Part shown: positions 26,900 through 40,977 of the stretch, piece after piece
Layout of the letters: every line of letters starts with the position of its first letter
How positions within the stretch are numbered: position 1 is the stretch's first letter
From: Lytechinus pictus
Taxonomy: Eukaryota
DNA: 64,000 bases
Assembly (NCBI RefSeq): GCF_037042905.1
Contig: NC_087251.1
Location: 19,470,001 to 19,534,000, forward strand
Reading direction: 5' to 3'
Translations under genes and position numbers: made by a program
The notes under the pieces: model-generated
The model's input: only the letters and a program-made list of their open reading frames with translations
Databases searched by the model: none
What the model was told of the DNA's origin: nothing

Positions 26900-29800
26900 G
26901 AAGAGGAACTCACAGTGATGTTATTTATTCTTCTCCTTTTCTCCTCTTCCACCCCTCCTCTTCTTTTTCTTCTTCATCTTCTTCTTTTCCTCCTCATTTT
27001 TGGTTGTCTTCTTTTCTACTTATAATTCATTTGTATTATTATGACCTATCATCATTAACATTATAATAATTTTATGATAACAATCATAAAAAGATATCCA
27101 CAATGTCAATATAATGATTATTATCTCTGAAAAAATGAAAATTAGTACTTTTGCTAATTTTCAAATCTTAAAGCGAATACTTCAGGGTACAACCAGATAG
27201 TTCCCTTGCCATGTGCAACCAGGTCCATGTCGTCACGTCTTCAACAGTCTTGACTCTTGAATAATCTGAAATTATAAGAATAATAAGTGAAAACAACTTT
27301 AGCAACTCAACTTTATAATAGTAGAGTGTTCACATACATGTGCATGTATGATGTATCTCTTCAAGATTATGAAAGAGCCTTTTGAGATTTCAATCACAGG
27401 CTTAAATAAAAAAAATGTATATAATGTAAAATAAAAAATGGTTTAATAGTCTCCGAATATTATTTTGTATACCCTTATATGGTTGTAAGAATATATTTCA
27501 TTTCAATCAAGTCATTGGAGAAAATGTTCATATTTGGCGAAAAAATACAACAACACAAAATTGAGGTCAAGGTCATGTTTATGTTATCAACTTGCGACCT
27601 CTCCCTTCTACTCCTACCACTATTTTATTCCTAAATGCACTTATATTGTGTTTATGCTTGTAAGCTCACATTGTTAGTCTCTTTGTTGAGATGAATTGTA
27701 TGAGATGAATTGTAAAAGAGATTCATATTTGAAAATGAATGATATATAACAGTACATCACATTTACAACCGCTCTTAAAAACAATAAAATAAATTAGAAT
27801 AAATATTACCGTATAGTATACTTGTATTTACAAGTAGAATATTCAATAAACACAACTTTATATAAAAACTTACCTTCATACTAAAAGAGATTTCTTGTTC
27901 AATGGCACACAGTGGCAGAGTGTCTGGACTTCCATCTCCTTCCAGTTGCAATCCCCCTCTTTATTTCTACCTCTTCTCACCGTTTATGTGGTTCAACTGT
28001 TAGGAAAGTGAATACAAAATTTTTAATAGTGACATATGAGAATGAATTCATATTTACATTTTGAATAAACAACTGAAGTTCCTTCTTTAAAAAAAATATT
28101 TTAATCATTACAGATTTTGTCAAATATATTTGACAGGGGTGTTGGGACAGTTTCACTGGCTATTTTCAGAACTGTGTAAAAATGAATTCTATCCATGAGT
28201 GCATTGAGAATACTAATCAAAGGCAAATAAGGTCTAGTCATTCAACCTTGAAATGGTTTGATGAAAACACTAAGAAGGTTCAAATTTGAACCTTAGGGGT
28301 TGGTACAATAAGGAGTGCCAATGAGCGCAATTATGCTCATTTGTGCACCTTTATGGGTGTAGCAGATTTGAACCATGTAATAAAGGTTAAAAGATTTGAA
28401 CATTTTTAATGTTTAAGTAATACTATTATGCACCTTACAAGGTAAAATGTTGCCCCTTTTATTGTGCAAACGAACATTTCTGGGTGCAAACAATAATGAC
28501 AAGGTCAATTTTTGCACCTTTATCACTTAGGATGCAATATTGCAAGGAGAGTACAAGTGTTTCATTAAGGCTTCAAATTCCTTTTTTCTGTTAGAAAAAT
28601 ATGTTAGAAAAATGATTTACACACGCAATATGTGAATACTTCTAATGAAGATAGGTTTTGATAGGTAAGAAAATTGTAGGCCTTATAATTCTATTATTTA
28701 TACAAAAATTTGGGATTTTTAAAAATTTAAATTGCCAAGGTTTTTTTTTCTAAAAAAAAGCACCCCTTTAATAATTTATCAGAAAAATCCTTTAGAGTAA
28801 ATAGGTAAAGGAAATAGAAAATAGTATAAAAAATTCTTGATAACAGTCACCAAGAGAATTTCAATTATCATGGTTATTTTTATCCACAGATCAGAAACCA
28901 AATCTTGTAGTTACCGGTAATGGAAATGCCTTTTCTCCAAACATATTACTTGTGCATTGGTTTAAAATTAATAGAAAAGGCATTTGATAAGGTTTTTAAC
29001 CTGTTAAACAAATCAAAGAACTAAAATGTGCACTATATCCTCAGAAGTGTATTAAACTTAGCAAACAGGTAGCTTGTCTACAGGCCAGCAGCCAGCTTGC
29101 AGAGAATATATTCAAATCAGAAAACACAGAGGATACATACATGTAGATCTCTTTTTTTTTACTGCATGTTCAACTCATTGCTTTTGTTAAAAATTGGAAG
29201 AGTCTTAAATATAAATCGAAGATGTACATTAATATCTATATTAGATATCAACATACAATGTAGTCATCAGTCTCATCAGACAATTTTTTTGTGAAATTAC
29301 ATGTCTTTTCAGTTCAGTGTTTAAATTAATTAGTTCAGTGCGTAATTCTTCTCCCCCCCCCTTCTTTCCCATCCTGTTCAGTAGTCTCCAGTCTTTGTTA
29401 ACACAGAGGGTGTCCCAGGGTTTTCTATATTATTTTATCACAATACACACCAATCATTTCATTTTTTTTGCTTAACAGAGAGGGACCCCCCCCCCAACTC
29501 GCTCCTAGGGCTAGGGTCTAATACTCTACATGTTATTGTAGTGCACATCTTCCAACTGATGAATCTTGACTAGATCTAGGCCTCTACCCCTGTCATTAGA
29601 AAACAATATTAGAGCTAGACTACCCTATTCCATAGCTCTATCATAAACCCAGGGGGCTCCACCACCGTAGCGCAGGCAGCAGAGGCCCCGCCTTCCAAAG
29701 GTCTAAGTTAGAACCTACAGTACTATACTCAATTTGAATTTTAATGTCAGAGTTAAGAAGCCAGGCTAAAGATTAGACATAGAATGGATCTAGAGTAACA

Positions 29801-30340
29801 TTTGTAGTTCTAGTAGATCCATAGTGTTAGATAATCTATGATAGATAGGCCCTACAAATGATTAGCTTACTAATGATGCAAAGACAGTTTCAATTTTGGG
29901 CCCTAGAATATACAAATAAATTACAAGCAATCGCTCGTTCTGTCTGAGCTACATCTATTTCAGATCTCTTGTATTGCTAAACTAGATTGGGTCCCGAATT
30001 AGGTCTCGATTTTGATCTATAATAAAAGCATGAATGGAAGGAACCCAAGCCAGACCCGGTCCAGGGGCAGGGCTGCACCACCTCATTCCCTGGCCAGAAC
30101 CAAGGCCCAAACCGGGGTAGGCCTACATGTAGATCTAGTAAAGCAGTAATACAATGGTAGAGCCAGCTCGGCTAACCAAGACAAATTAAAATTTATTAGA
30201 TCTAGATCTAGACCTGGGAGGTCTAGTGACTAGTCTAAGTCTAACTAAGACCCTAGATAGAAAACTACAACAGACACATACTCTCGCATAAGAGCTAACT
30301 TGCACCTCGATGATATTGCAAGGTGTACGCACATATCGTA
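26900..30340 (-). ncRNA. Candidate spliced non-coding transcript (exons ~30340-30282, 27996-27874, 27265-~26900)
   Basis: Donors GA|GTATGT (30281) and AAG|GTAAGT (27873). Acceptors TTCCTAACAG (27997) and TTATAATTTCAG (27266). The two internal/terminal exon candidates are GC-richer than their flanks. The middle exon has stops in all three frames. Prediction only. Confidence 0.4.
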
Positions 30341-32378
30341 CACTCCATTTGCACCGGGATTTCTTAGTGTGTGATTACATCTATGTGTATAATGATTTTT
30401 GTATTTACATTTTATATGAATGAATAAACTAAAATTGAAAATTGAAAATTAACCTGTATACCGCAGCTATTAATGCCCAGAAAGGCAGCCTTCCTAACTG
30501 AACAAAAAAAAATGCTTTTCCAGTCATTCGCTTTTACACTTTACTGTAGTTTGTAATTATGTGATTGAAATATGAAATAAGTTAATTCGTTCAATAAATG
30601 ATTTATTCTTATTTTCATGTGGTATAATTTATTTTTAATGTGATAGTAATGAATTAGTCGTGATTATAAATTCCCCTGTTGAAATGACGTCGATAGATGT
30701 AAATTACATACGTAAAAATGGCGTCTTCCAGCAAATGACTAGAAAATTCCTAACCAATTATCATAAGGATTTTTGTCTGAATCCTCAGCCAACTTGTATT
30801 TCTTTAAGTGAAATATGAATTACTATTTTATCTTCTCCCGAATTCAAAATTGTAATCTTCATAATACTGTAGAATAGAATACTGTCAGCAAACTGAAGGC
30901 ACCCAAATTATATTTTGCCTTGTAAACGACGTTTCACATATCTGCAGAAACATAAAAGGATAGCAATGCAAACCAGAATATTACGATATGCATGTCAAGG
31001 AAAGGCGTAGAAGGAGAAAAATGATATTTAGAAATGAAGCAATTGAGAGGGGAAAGCATTAACATGGTCAGAGATTTATCATCAACATTATCCTGAGATC
31101 TCGGTGACTGGTCGGAGAAATTGAAGCAAATTTGTATGACGCCCTGAAGGACTATGGCATTTCGACCGACCTCGGTTTCTATCTTCATTGTCTACCAGTT
31201 CGTGGCGGATATATAGGGAAGATAGGGAAGATGTAGTCTTATTGCCATCATTCTTCCATATATTCATTTCTGGAATTAATGTTCACGTCGCAAAGCCATC
31301 ATCTACATGTATGTCGTGCTTGGAAAAGTATGAGCCTTACCTGGGATAATTCTATTAAATAATAAGATAGAGATTGTTAACTCTCAGCCGCTTCGCATAT
31401 CCCTTGCTACTTCTCTGTTTTACAAACACTTGGTCACACCCACGCTGGGGCCGCGAAACCGGGGGGGGGGGGGGCTGGGGATGGTTGAGGGCTTCAGCTT
31501 CATCCACATTTTCAGTGGCCATGTAAAAAAAAAACACCATCAAATTGTGATTTTACGCAAAAGTTGAGCTAAAAGTATACCCTTATTGGAAACAGTGGGT
31601 CCAGATTACATTATTCATTGCCCAGCAACGTACAGTATGTGAATTTCAAAATTATTCCTCTCCAAGCATACCAAAACTACAGATCGCACGCAGTTTTTCT
31701 CCCTTTTTCCCCTACGTGGTTTTCATTCAGCTCAAACCTATGTTACCTCAGCTTGATCATGAACTCGCTGCTTGATGAACATAACCATTTCTGAAAGTCG
31801 AATGCTACCGTAGATAGAAACGTCGCATTTAGTTTGCCGACTGATACAGGTATCAAGGTAAGCATTGCAGTTTATCAATGGAGGACCTTACAACCAACAC
31901 GACACCTTAATAGCGGGAGAGAGGGGGAGAGAGAGAAGGTGAGATTGTGAAAGAGAGAGGGGGAAAGAGAGGGTGAAAGAGGGAGAGACATATAAAGAGG
32001 AGGTGGAGATGGAAAAGGAGAAGAAGAAAAACCTGGGAGAGCAAAAGACGAGATATCGGCAGACACACTCAGAGACAGAACGAGAAATTGGGGGAAATTT
32101 AGGTCATTGAGCAGACGGTAGGTTCACGTCAATATAGGACAAGCGGGAGAACGAAATATACACAAAATTGTGACGTCACGCGAAGGCGACATCAATCATG
32201 GGAATGCCACAATATAAACATGTTGTGTGCAATCGAGAGTGCTTCATTTGAACGAATGTTGCTTTCCCTCAATATCATTTTCATTTCACTAAAATATTCG
32301 AAAATTCTAGGAGGATCGAATGCTTAGACCCCTTTTGACTCTCTAAAAAAATACAGATTTTTTAATTAAACATTTCTT

Positions 32379-32589
32379 GTGCAGTTCCATAAAATATTTA
32401 ACCTTTTTGTACGTCCAACCCCCTATTTTTACAAATCTTACTTCACTTCATAAAATGACCAAGTCAAGGTTAATCGAGAGCAATACAGACAGTAAAGTAA
32501 CCAGAAATCAGAGACAGAAAATTTCATGAAGGTCCCACATAAGGGGGGGGGGGGGGGGGGTCGGACGAACATGTTTTCTGGAATTGCCC
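32379..32589. mobile_element. Second, diverged and inverted copy of the 200-bp Sola2-like MITE
   Basis: The sequence is the reverse complement of 14727-14926 (e.g. CCAGAAATCAGAGACAGAAA...CATGAAGGTCCCACATA). Ends are GTGCAGTTCCAT / TGGAATTGCCC, with a 4-bp TSD TCTT on both sides in unique sequence. Confidence 0.8.
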
Positions 32590-33878
32590 TCTTGTGAGTA
32601 AATCAACTCTGAATGATAATTGTATGTATTCATGATGTTTTGTGATAATGTGCATCATTTGTCGTTGTTATGTTCTAAAATGTAGTATAACAATTGGCAG
32701 ACTGCGGCTCATTATGATAACTGAGCAAATAATGTTGGACATCGTTCAGTAGTAATAAAACAACCTGTTTTATTACGCAGGTACATCATTCATGGGCAGG
32801 AATTTCAACCTAGACGCGTAAGAAAAGAGATGAATTGAAAGAAGCAGAACCTTACATTCTAATTAAAATGGATAAGAAATAAAAGTATCCGAAGATATGG
32901 CGGTTTTAAATGTCATTACTTTTTTGTATGAAGCAGTGTTATAAGATTACCAAAGTGTTTTCTACATATGTATTATGTAAGTATATAGAATCTGGATAAT
33001 TCATTATTTTTTTCATAATTGTAATATTATTTCTATAATTAGTACAGATTACAGTAAAATAAGCTCTATACTGAATAGAACCACGATTATCGAAGCAGAA
33101 ATTAAAATGGTTGTAATTTTATATTATATACATGATAAAGAGTAATTGTGACATCATTTTGGCTACCTATTCACTCGTAAAGAAAAATTGAACACAAAAA
33201 ATATTGATCAATGGGTTTAGAGGGAACGTGCATTATTTGGGGAAAATATTAGGTAAAAGGTATGTTTAATGGGTAAATTTATTTTCACGCAACATTCCGT
33301 AGAATTAATACGAATTTGGTATTTACATTCTGTACAAACATACATTTCTCTGTACTATTGGGCAAAACGTTTTTTTTTTAATACTGTACATCATTTTTAC
33401 CTGTTAAGGGAGTAATCTTAAATGTCAAGCTGCCACAATTCAATATTTTTTTTGTAGACTTGGGTTTTTTTTATAATTATTTTTGTACTACTCTTTTTTG
33501 TTACATAATAGTTACATAATACAGTCTTATATCACAATAATAAGTTCATACTCTGTGAAAACTACTGTGAAAACAAGGACTACTGTGAAAACAACACTAG
33601 TAGGCTTTGCGAGAGGACCACGCCCCTAGATGTTAAAATGCACGATGGAGTATAAATATAACACAAAATAGGGTTGATTAACACCAGAATGTGTTGATAT
33701 GACACCATAAATTGTTATAATAACACCAATGGAAGTTAGCACTGGCCATGCCTGACTGGTGCAGTAATGCGTAGGGTGTCTCTCACCGTATTACTCTGTG
33801 AGAAGTCTCCTATATCGCTTTACAATTATTCTTCATAATCATAAAGATTTAAAGATTTGAAGACTTCACAATAACCCG

Positions 33879-34034
33879 CGCAGTACCGTGAAAATACTAC
33901 AATTTCAGTGTTCATTTGATTATCGCTGATTCTGCAGCATGAACAGTAACCACGTTAAAGTCAAATATTGCATTGGTATCAGTTCCACTGAAATTGATCA
34001 GAACACTGAAATTATAGTATTTTCACTGACTATG
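33879..34034. mobile_element. Small inverted-repeat element
   Basis: GTGAAAATACTACAATTTCAGTGTTC (33888-33913) pairs with GAACACTGAAATTATAGTATTTTCAC (34001-34026) at 25/26 positions. Confidence 0.6.
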
Positions 34035-34135
34035 TAGATGAATACATTTACACAAAGTTAGTAAACAAATGACTTGAATTAAGATAAAGATTATCAAAAC
34101 TGTTACTAGAATTTATGTTATTTTGTAGTGTTGTT

Positions 34136-34152
34136 CAGAGGCCGCGGAACCG

Positions 34153-34192
<40 letters not shown>

Positions 34193-34328
34193 TATGTGAG
34201 TGGAGTGGGGCGGGGTCTGCCCCCACTTTATTTAATAAGTGTTTATAAAGACGTAAAAATTATCATCTTATTGTTCTTACTATTTGCATGGTCATTTTCA
34301 CACTTTCAAAAGCGATCCGCGGCCCCTG
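34136..34328. mobile_element. Short hAT-type MITE containing a (GT)n microsatellite
   Basis: TIR CAGAGGCCGCGGA / TCCGCGGCCCCTG. Degenerate 8-bp TSD GTGTTGTT / TTCTTGTT. (GT)n at ~34156-34198. Confidence 0.7.
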
Positions 34329-37300
34329 TTCTTGTTACTCGAAGTAATGTATGAGCTCAAGTACTTTATATTATTATTTTGTACTGGAGTTCTTGAACAC
34401 TGAGAGGGGTTGTTTTCTTTCATTGTAAAGATGAGCTTACGCAAATCAGAAATTATGGTCAATATTTAATTCTTACCAACATAATTGTGCTCAAAATGTG
34501 AAATTCTTTCACTCGAATTTACTTTAGTTTCCCCTCATCATTTTGAAAGTTTATGGCATATCAAAACACCATGAACATGGGCAGAGATAGTTACAGACCA
34601 TTATCGACCGCAGCAAAGTGGTCGTAGAAATGTTATTGTCTAATTACACCAATGAAACAATAGATATCAATATGATGGCAGCTGGCTCTCTGTTGAAGGG
34701 TATGTTACAGATGTTCTTGAGGTCGCGTGTCGTACAGGTCATAATGGTCACATTTGCAATGGTATCAACAAGCATGACCGAGGCTTTCTTCGTTCTTGCC
34801 TATTGTTATTATCCTTTAGGTCCAGTCAGTCATCCCAAATAATCAAATTCACCAAGATAATGTTAGATGGGTTTTCTTCAAGAGTCAAGGGCAGAATGAA
34901 TGAATATATTATCCAATGCAATGATAATAACAATTTTACAAGTTTACAGCCAATCAGTTATGGATACATGCATAGAACGTTATTAATTGTTTTTTTTAAA
35001 TTAATTTGCAGAAATTGTATAGGCTGAATCTGCAGTAATACACTCCGCCTGCCGAATGCAATTCTTCTTCTTCTTCTTCTTTTTCACCTTCTTCTTCTTT
35101 CTTTCTTCTTCTCCGCCTGCCAAATGCAATTCTTCTTCTTCTTTTTCTTTATTCTTCCGTTTTCTTCTTCGTTGTAACTTTCCTTCTTCTACTTTTTTGT
35201 TAACTTCTTTTTATTATTCGCCCTTTCTTTGCCTTTCCATCTCAATCTTTATTAAGTCATTATTTATCAAAAGCAAGTGGAAAACAAACTTGTGACATTT
35301 AAGTTTCTATTGAACGCTACCACGAAAATATGAATAATTTTTGTTAACGAAAATAATGAATAAATAATTTTCGAACATGCATTTTTAAAAGAATGATCTC
35401 TTTCAACGAAATAGAAATAAAGACGGATTAACTGATTAAATCATTTTGATGAATGACAAAGAGGAGTCGAACTTCTTGACAAATGTGTATATTGGTATTG
35501 AATGTTCACATATGGACGTCGTAATTGATTCTTCGTTTTTATTAATTCCTCTATTGGGGCATTTTTATTTAAATGATTGCTATTAAAAATCGCTACAATC
35601 TTGTATTGCATTTCTTGGACAGTCCGACTTTACATTTCTTTGTTCAACAATTTACCAAGTCAGCGACTAAAATAATAAAGTTCTATATTAAAATATTTTC
35701 AAGAAAAACAACCATACATCCATCGTAGATATACAGATATGGGTTCTACAATCATACTAACGGATGTAGTTAATGGACAGGTTGGCTTATTTATATACTT
35801 AATACAAATTGAGTATTCGAGAGTATTTAAATTGCTGTTGGCATGAAACATGAATATTTGACTTATTATTGTATTCTGACTGGACAACAAGTGTCAGCGT
35901 CAACTGTTGAAAATATACAAGGATGAGTGAATCATAATGCCCTCTATAGATGGCGCTCGTCTTGTATGTTTGTGTACTCGCAAATCATTCTACACAAAAG
36001 TCTGTGCCTAATAAACATATTTGGACGTACATCCACACAAATCTTCATGCAAACCTAGTAATGCTTTCACACCAAAAATATGCCATTCCAGTTAACGAAT
36101 TACGGGGGGAGGGGAGGGGCCATTCTTGCTCTTACATCTCTTTCTGGCAGCTACCCCGGCAGCTACCCCACTTTCGTTCGGCTTTTAGACTTACTTCCTC
36201 AGTTCTTTTTTTAAGGGACGATGCTCACTCTCCATGTTTATCGTGTCATCTTCAATGATGGTGAATCAACGGGTAAGACGCGGGCGGGTTAATCCCCCTC
36301 CCCCGTGCTTTTCTAATGTCCTTCCCGTCGTCAGGCGCATTAACCCCTTTCCTCCCGTCTGTCATCACCATGACATTACATCAAGAACCAGAGAGGAGCA
36401 TTTTTTCGCTTCCTATGTTACATACCGACATACATCTACCCCATCCCTTGTGTCTTATATCTCTTCTACCCCTCTCTCCTCTCTCTCTCCCAGTGCTCTA
36501 TCCTCTTCTCCCCCTCTCTCTGCTTTCTTCTCACTCACTCAGATTCTGACACACACACAGTCACCCTCACCCACACACGCGCACACACCTGCGTGGGGAT
36601 GTGTCTTGTAGACAAACACGTACCCACAGCGTATCTCAGTCGGTCAATGACATGTATACATCTGACTAACTTCTCTATACCCAAAGGGAAAGGTTCACTT
36701 CGGAAGAAAAGGCAAAGGAATTGCTATCATATAGGCCTGCCGTCTAATATTGTTTAGTTATGCCCATTTCCACGAGGAGTTCCATATTCTTTTAATAAAC
36801 TAAGGAAATCAATTCATTATGAGAAATCATACACCAAAGTTTTATTTCTTTTAAAGACATACAGCGCCATTCTGTTGTCATGTCGGCACATAAAATTCAA
36901 ATTTTCAATATTTTTTTAAAGAGGGGAAAATCGATAAAAACACTAGCTAGCTCAAATGACCTAATAAACATTTCTTATTAGTAACTATAAACCTAATGTG
37001 ATATTGGCGACATCTTTTTTTCATAAAATGTATCTTATGACAAACGAGATCGCTAATCCAGACGATCATCAGCTTTCTTTGGCTACTGAATACAATTTGA
37101 TTTTATTTTTGTTTCTCCCCTTCAAAATAGAGGAAGGGGCCGGTGGGTTACAAATCCAAGTTACCACCTTTAAACCCACTTTTAACTTTAACCTTGTTTG
37201 GTCTTGGAGCCAGGGAATCGGAAGGGGGATGAACAGTGCCCCCTCCTTTTGGGGAAGGGTGCGGGATTACCCTCTCGTTGGTGGCTGACATCACCGCTAT

Positions 37301-39944
37301 TTTCACACGGATGCTGTGTTATTCCCCGATGATTACCACCTTGAAAATGTAGCAAAAAGTATATTTAATGGTTCTTGAAATTTAGCAGTTTATTCTAGTA
37401 ACAAGAGCATTGTGGGTTAGCGGTAGAGCACCCGTCTTGTATTTTGTAGCATACTTTCCATCTTAATTAGATGCTCAAGGCGCTCCAGGGCATTTTTTGG
37501 GAGAAAATATCGAAAATTATATACCAATGCTTTATTTTGGAAGAGTTTTTATAAGTCATTAACGTATAATGTACAACAATCTATTTCGATATGATTTGCA
37601 TATCCGTATGTTGTTGATATGGAATTGAAAATTAAATATTGGACAAAAAATAAACTATGCTTAAGTGAGGTGTCTTTATTTGTCAAAGTTTTGTCTGTTT
37701 TAGGGGGAGGCTCCATTTGAATAATTCGGGAAGTGCCATATATTTGTTTAAAATGATTTTGTGATAAATGGAAACAATAGTTTCACATTAATGATCCTGG
37801 TAACAACAGAAAACAAGACAGGGAATCTAAACAAAGACGTTTATTGTTTTATTACAATCTTATACAGTATATAAAATGATTTATGTACATTTTCAACTGA
37901 AAAAGGGTTCCAATCCATCAAATAAATTTGGATGAATAGTTTACATAATATTTCTCCTTTTAAAGTAAAAAAAAAGCAAAGTCATCCCTCAGTGACAACC
38001 TTTTATAACCACCTGTTGCTTAAGATAGCAAGTTGATTAAGTTGTATTGTTGAATGATATTATTGACATCAAAGATTATTAATAGGTCAGTATGGAGGGG
38101 AAATAATAATTTACATTCATATAGTGCTACATTCAGCACTTTGTGAACTCGTATAGTGACTGCACTCCCGAGTCCAGGTTGCTGATGTTTAGCACTTTGG
38201 CTGGCAAAAACACTACCTTATTGTTGAGTGTAATGCGTCATGTGCTGTTTCTAGCACCCGAAGTGCTATAAATCATTAGAGGAGCAGTCACTATTAATTA
38301 ACCCTTCATTTTTATAGAGTGTATAACTGTACGCGTTTTATGTCAGTTTGAGACCCAACAGAGTGATCATGATAAAAGTCAATATGCAAATGATGCATGG
38401 TGTGTATATAAGCTAAATTCAATTATTATATCAGTTCTATTTGAAGCAACATAGGGAGAAATCATGGAGTAACATGAAGTTCTCATTCCTTGTAACAGAA
38501 GGGTATAAAATATCAATCAACCCGAGGAAAAATGACACATATCCGCATTAAAGCTGATAGTAGATGAATTTGGCGCGAAAAACTATATTGAGGGAGAGCG
38601 AGCGAGAAAACAAAATCGTCACCTTTAATCGCGATACTTTCTACTGCGCGCAAGACACCAGTTGGCCTCACTGAGATGCAATGAGTTCAGGAGTAAGAAA
38701 TTCTGATGGTATTTCATTCCTTCTTTTCAAATTAAAATATTTAAATGGTTCTAATGCCACAAAAATTGTTCATTAATAAAAAATGACAATAAATTTTTCC
38801 TGCCAATAGCCCGATGTAATTTGTAAAAGGTGCAATTATCGTAAGGAGTATCGAGGTTGATGATCATTAGGATTATCTTTATTACTTTCGATTTTATGTT
38901 TTGTAATAGTATTTATGGAATTTATTCAGTTAAATTCATACAAGCATGTTATGGTACATTGCAAAGTCAACAATAAAGACGGCCCCTTTCTCTATTTTGA
39001 AGGGGAGAAACAAAGATAAAATCAAATTGTCTTCAGTAGCCAAAGAAAGTTGATGATCGTCTGGATTAACGATCGTAAAGACAAATAAATTTATTATTCA
39101 TAATAACAGAAAATTGTACAAAAATCATAGCACTTTGTTGATGCTCATTAGGTTTGATGAAGTTGATGAAAAGTTGTAAAAGTTGATGCTCGTTGGGATT
39201 TTGAAAATTTTAATGTGTGAACACATCCAAAGTCCTCTAGTCAGTCACGTGATTCAGGTGTCTGCCCTATCAGATCACTTCAATAATTCATCGGTACTAT
39301 TTTTCGCCTGGGGTCTCTAACCATTGTGATTCAATCTTCTAGTTTGCTTGTTTTACTCGTTACTTCCAAATCAACGAGGATTAGCAGGACTATTTTGGTG
39401 ATAACCCGACGAGATTAAACAATTCATAAACTTTCTTGAACTTGGAAGGAAAAACAATATTTTAGGAGGGGGTTAAGGAGGCGTCTTAAGGGGTATGGAT
39501 TAAGAGGATGTGGCATTATCCTGGCATTAGGAAGGGTGAGAACAGGTGCCGGCGAGTTATGTGGTGGTGTAGAGGTTTAGAGCTACTTGAAACATGAAAC
39601 GATGGCCCAAGATTGGTTGATTCTCAACAGGACGGGATTAGGAGTGGGTGATGGAGGAGAAGTCGAGCGGGGGAGGGGGGGGGGGGGGACTACGGCATTG
39701 AATTCAGTTAGATTTGACTTTTTACCTGGGTCAGTAATATTTCACTCTAATTTCAAACAATTATAAACAAAATTGTCACAATCTGCCAGAGAACCACAAA
39801 CCAAGTCGAATAGAAAAAAAGTGGAAATTAAAATAATTTCATTTTTGGAATTTTCAATTACTGAAATTATATTTTAAAAATACAAATTTTGTTTAAAATA
39901 GAATCTCGAATAGAAATACTCTGAAAATTCATTTTGTCCAATTC

Positions 39945-40022
39945 TGCAGCGCCAGATCGACGTTGCTATATCCCTTAAATCGTTGAACGCCAAACAGGGT
40001 ATCAACAACTATCATCTTATTA
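39945..40022 (-). mobile_element. SINE central/3' fragment
   Basis: The minus strand reads AAGATGATAGTTGTTGATACCCTGTTTGGCGTTCAACGATTTAAGGG, resembling the core domain of the 13485 SINE. Confidence 0.4.
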
Positions 40023-40485
40023 TTTATATTCAATTATAGTATACTGTCGACGATTCCTAGTAAAAATTTAGTATATTTGAATAGATCCAATCCGATTTTT
40101 TTTTCACCAGAGCATAACTGGCGCTATTGTGATTCGTTGAACTGGTCACATCAAAGAATCTTGTAATTTTGACTAGAAAATATGTCTGATTTTTGTGATG
40201 GTCAGGGATCGATTATCACCTTCGCTGAAATTCGAGGTATTCAGAAATTAGTTGTGTCCACTTCATTAGCAATACACCGGCGCTTTTCCGATAACGTGGT
40301 TCAATCGAATTGTTATTAAGGTGTTTAAAAAGATGGAGGGAGCAGGATGAAGTATATGTAGAAGACTTGGAAGAGGAAAGGGGCGATTGTTATTAATAAC
40401 AATTAATTTTGGAAGTCGCTTAGATTGCTGTGTATTAGTCTACAAAAAATAGGGATGTGTAAGCATGATTACAATTAACTATTAA

Positions 40486-40977
40486 AGGGGAAGTTCACCC
40501 TGACAAAAAGATTATTGTAAAAATAGCAGAAAAATATTTAAAAATATTGATGAAGGTTTGAGGAATATCCATTAAAGATTAAGAAAATTATTAGAATTCG
40601 AATTTTTTGATTCGTGAAGTCAGAGACGAGCAGCTGCCCCTTATGTCATGTAATATAAATTTCATATTTTTAATGGTTCAATCATGATTACTAAAATTTT
40701 CTTCTGCCAGGAGCGAGTGTGAAATAATTTGTCTGTTGATATACTACAAGTATGATAAAACCCATTTTCAAAATTTTGAGAAAATGGCATTTAATAGATT
40801 TTTTTTTAAATTCACGATACATGTGAAGCTGCTTGTATGTGAAGTCACAAATACAAAAATGAAATTCTGATCACTTTTTAAAATCTTTGAAGCATTTTCA
40901 TCAAACCTTCGCCAATATATTTCATTATTCTTTTCTGCTATTTTTACAATAACTATTTGTCATGGTTAACTTCCCCT
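40486..40977. mobile_element. Kolobok-like TTAA MITE, second family (~492 bp)
   Basis: Ends AGGGGAAGTTCACCCTGACAAA / TTTGTCATGGTTAACTTCCCCT with long imperfect arms. Flanks TTAA / CTAA. Confidence 0.75.

Larger units (their letters stand above)
23644..30369. mobile_element. Putative large non-autonomous CACTA/EnSpm element (~6.7 kb) with nested insertions
   Basis: Inverted termini CACTAAGAAAT (23644) and ATTTCTTAGTG (30359-30369). Subterminal CACCCC/GGGGTG(C/T)AC repeats at 23667-23820. No transposase ORF. Pairing of the two ends is inferred. Confidence 0.55.

Noticed and set aside
35043..35140. Direct repeat CTCCGCCTGCC(G/A)AATGCAATTCTTCTTC
   Set aside because: A simple local duplication associated with (TTC)n slippage; no evidence of function
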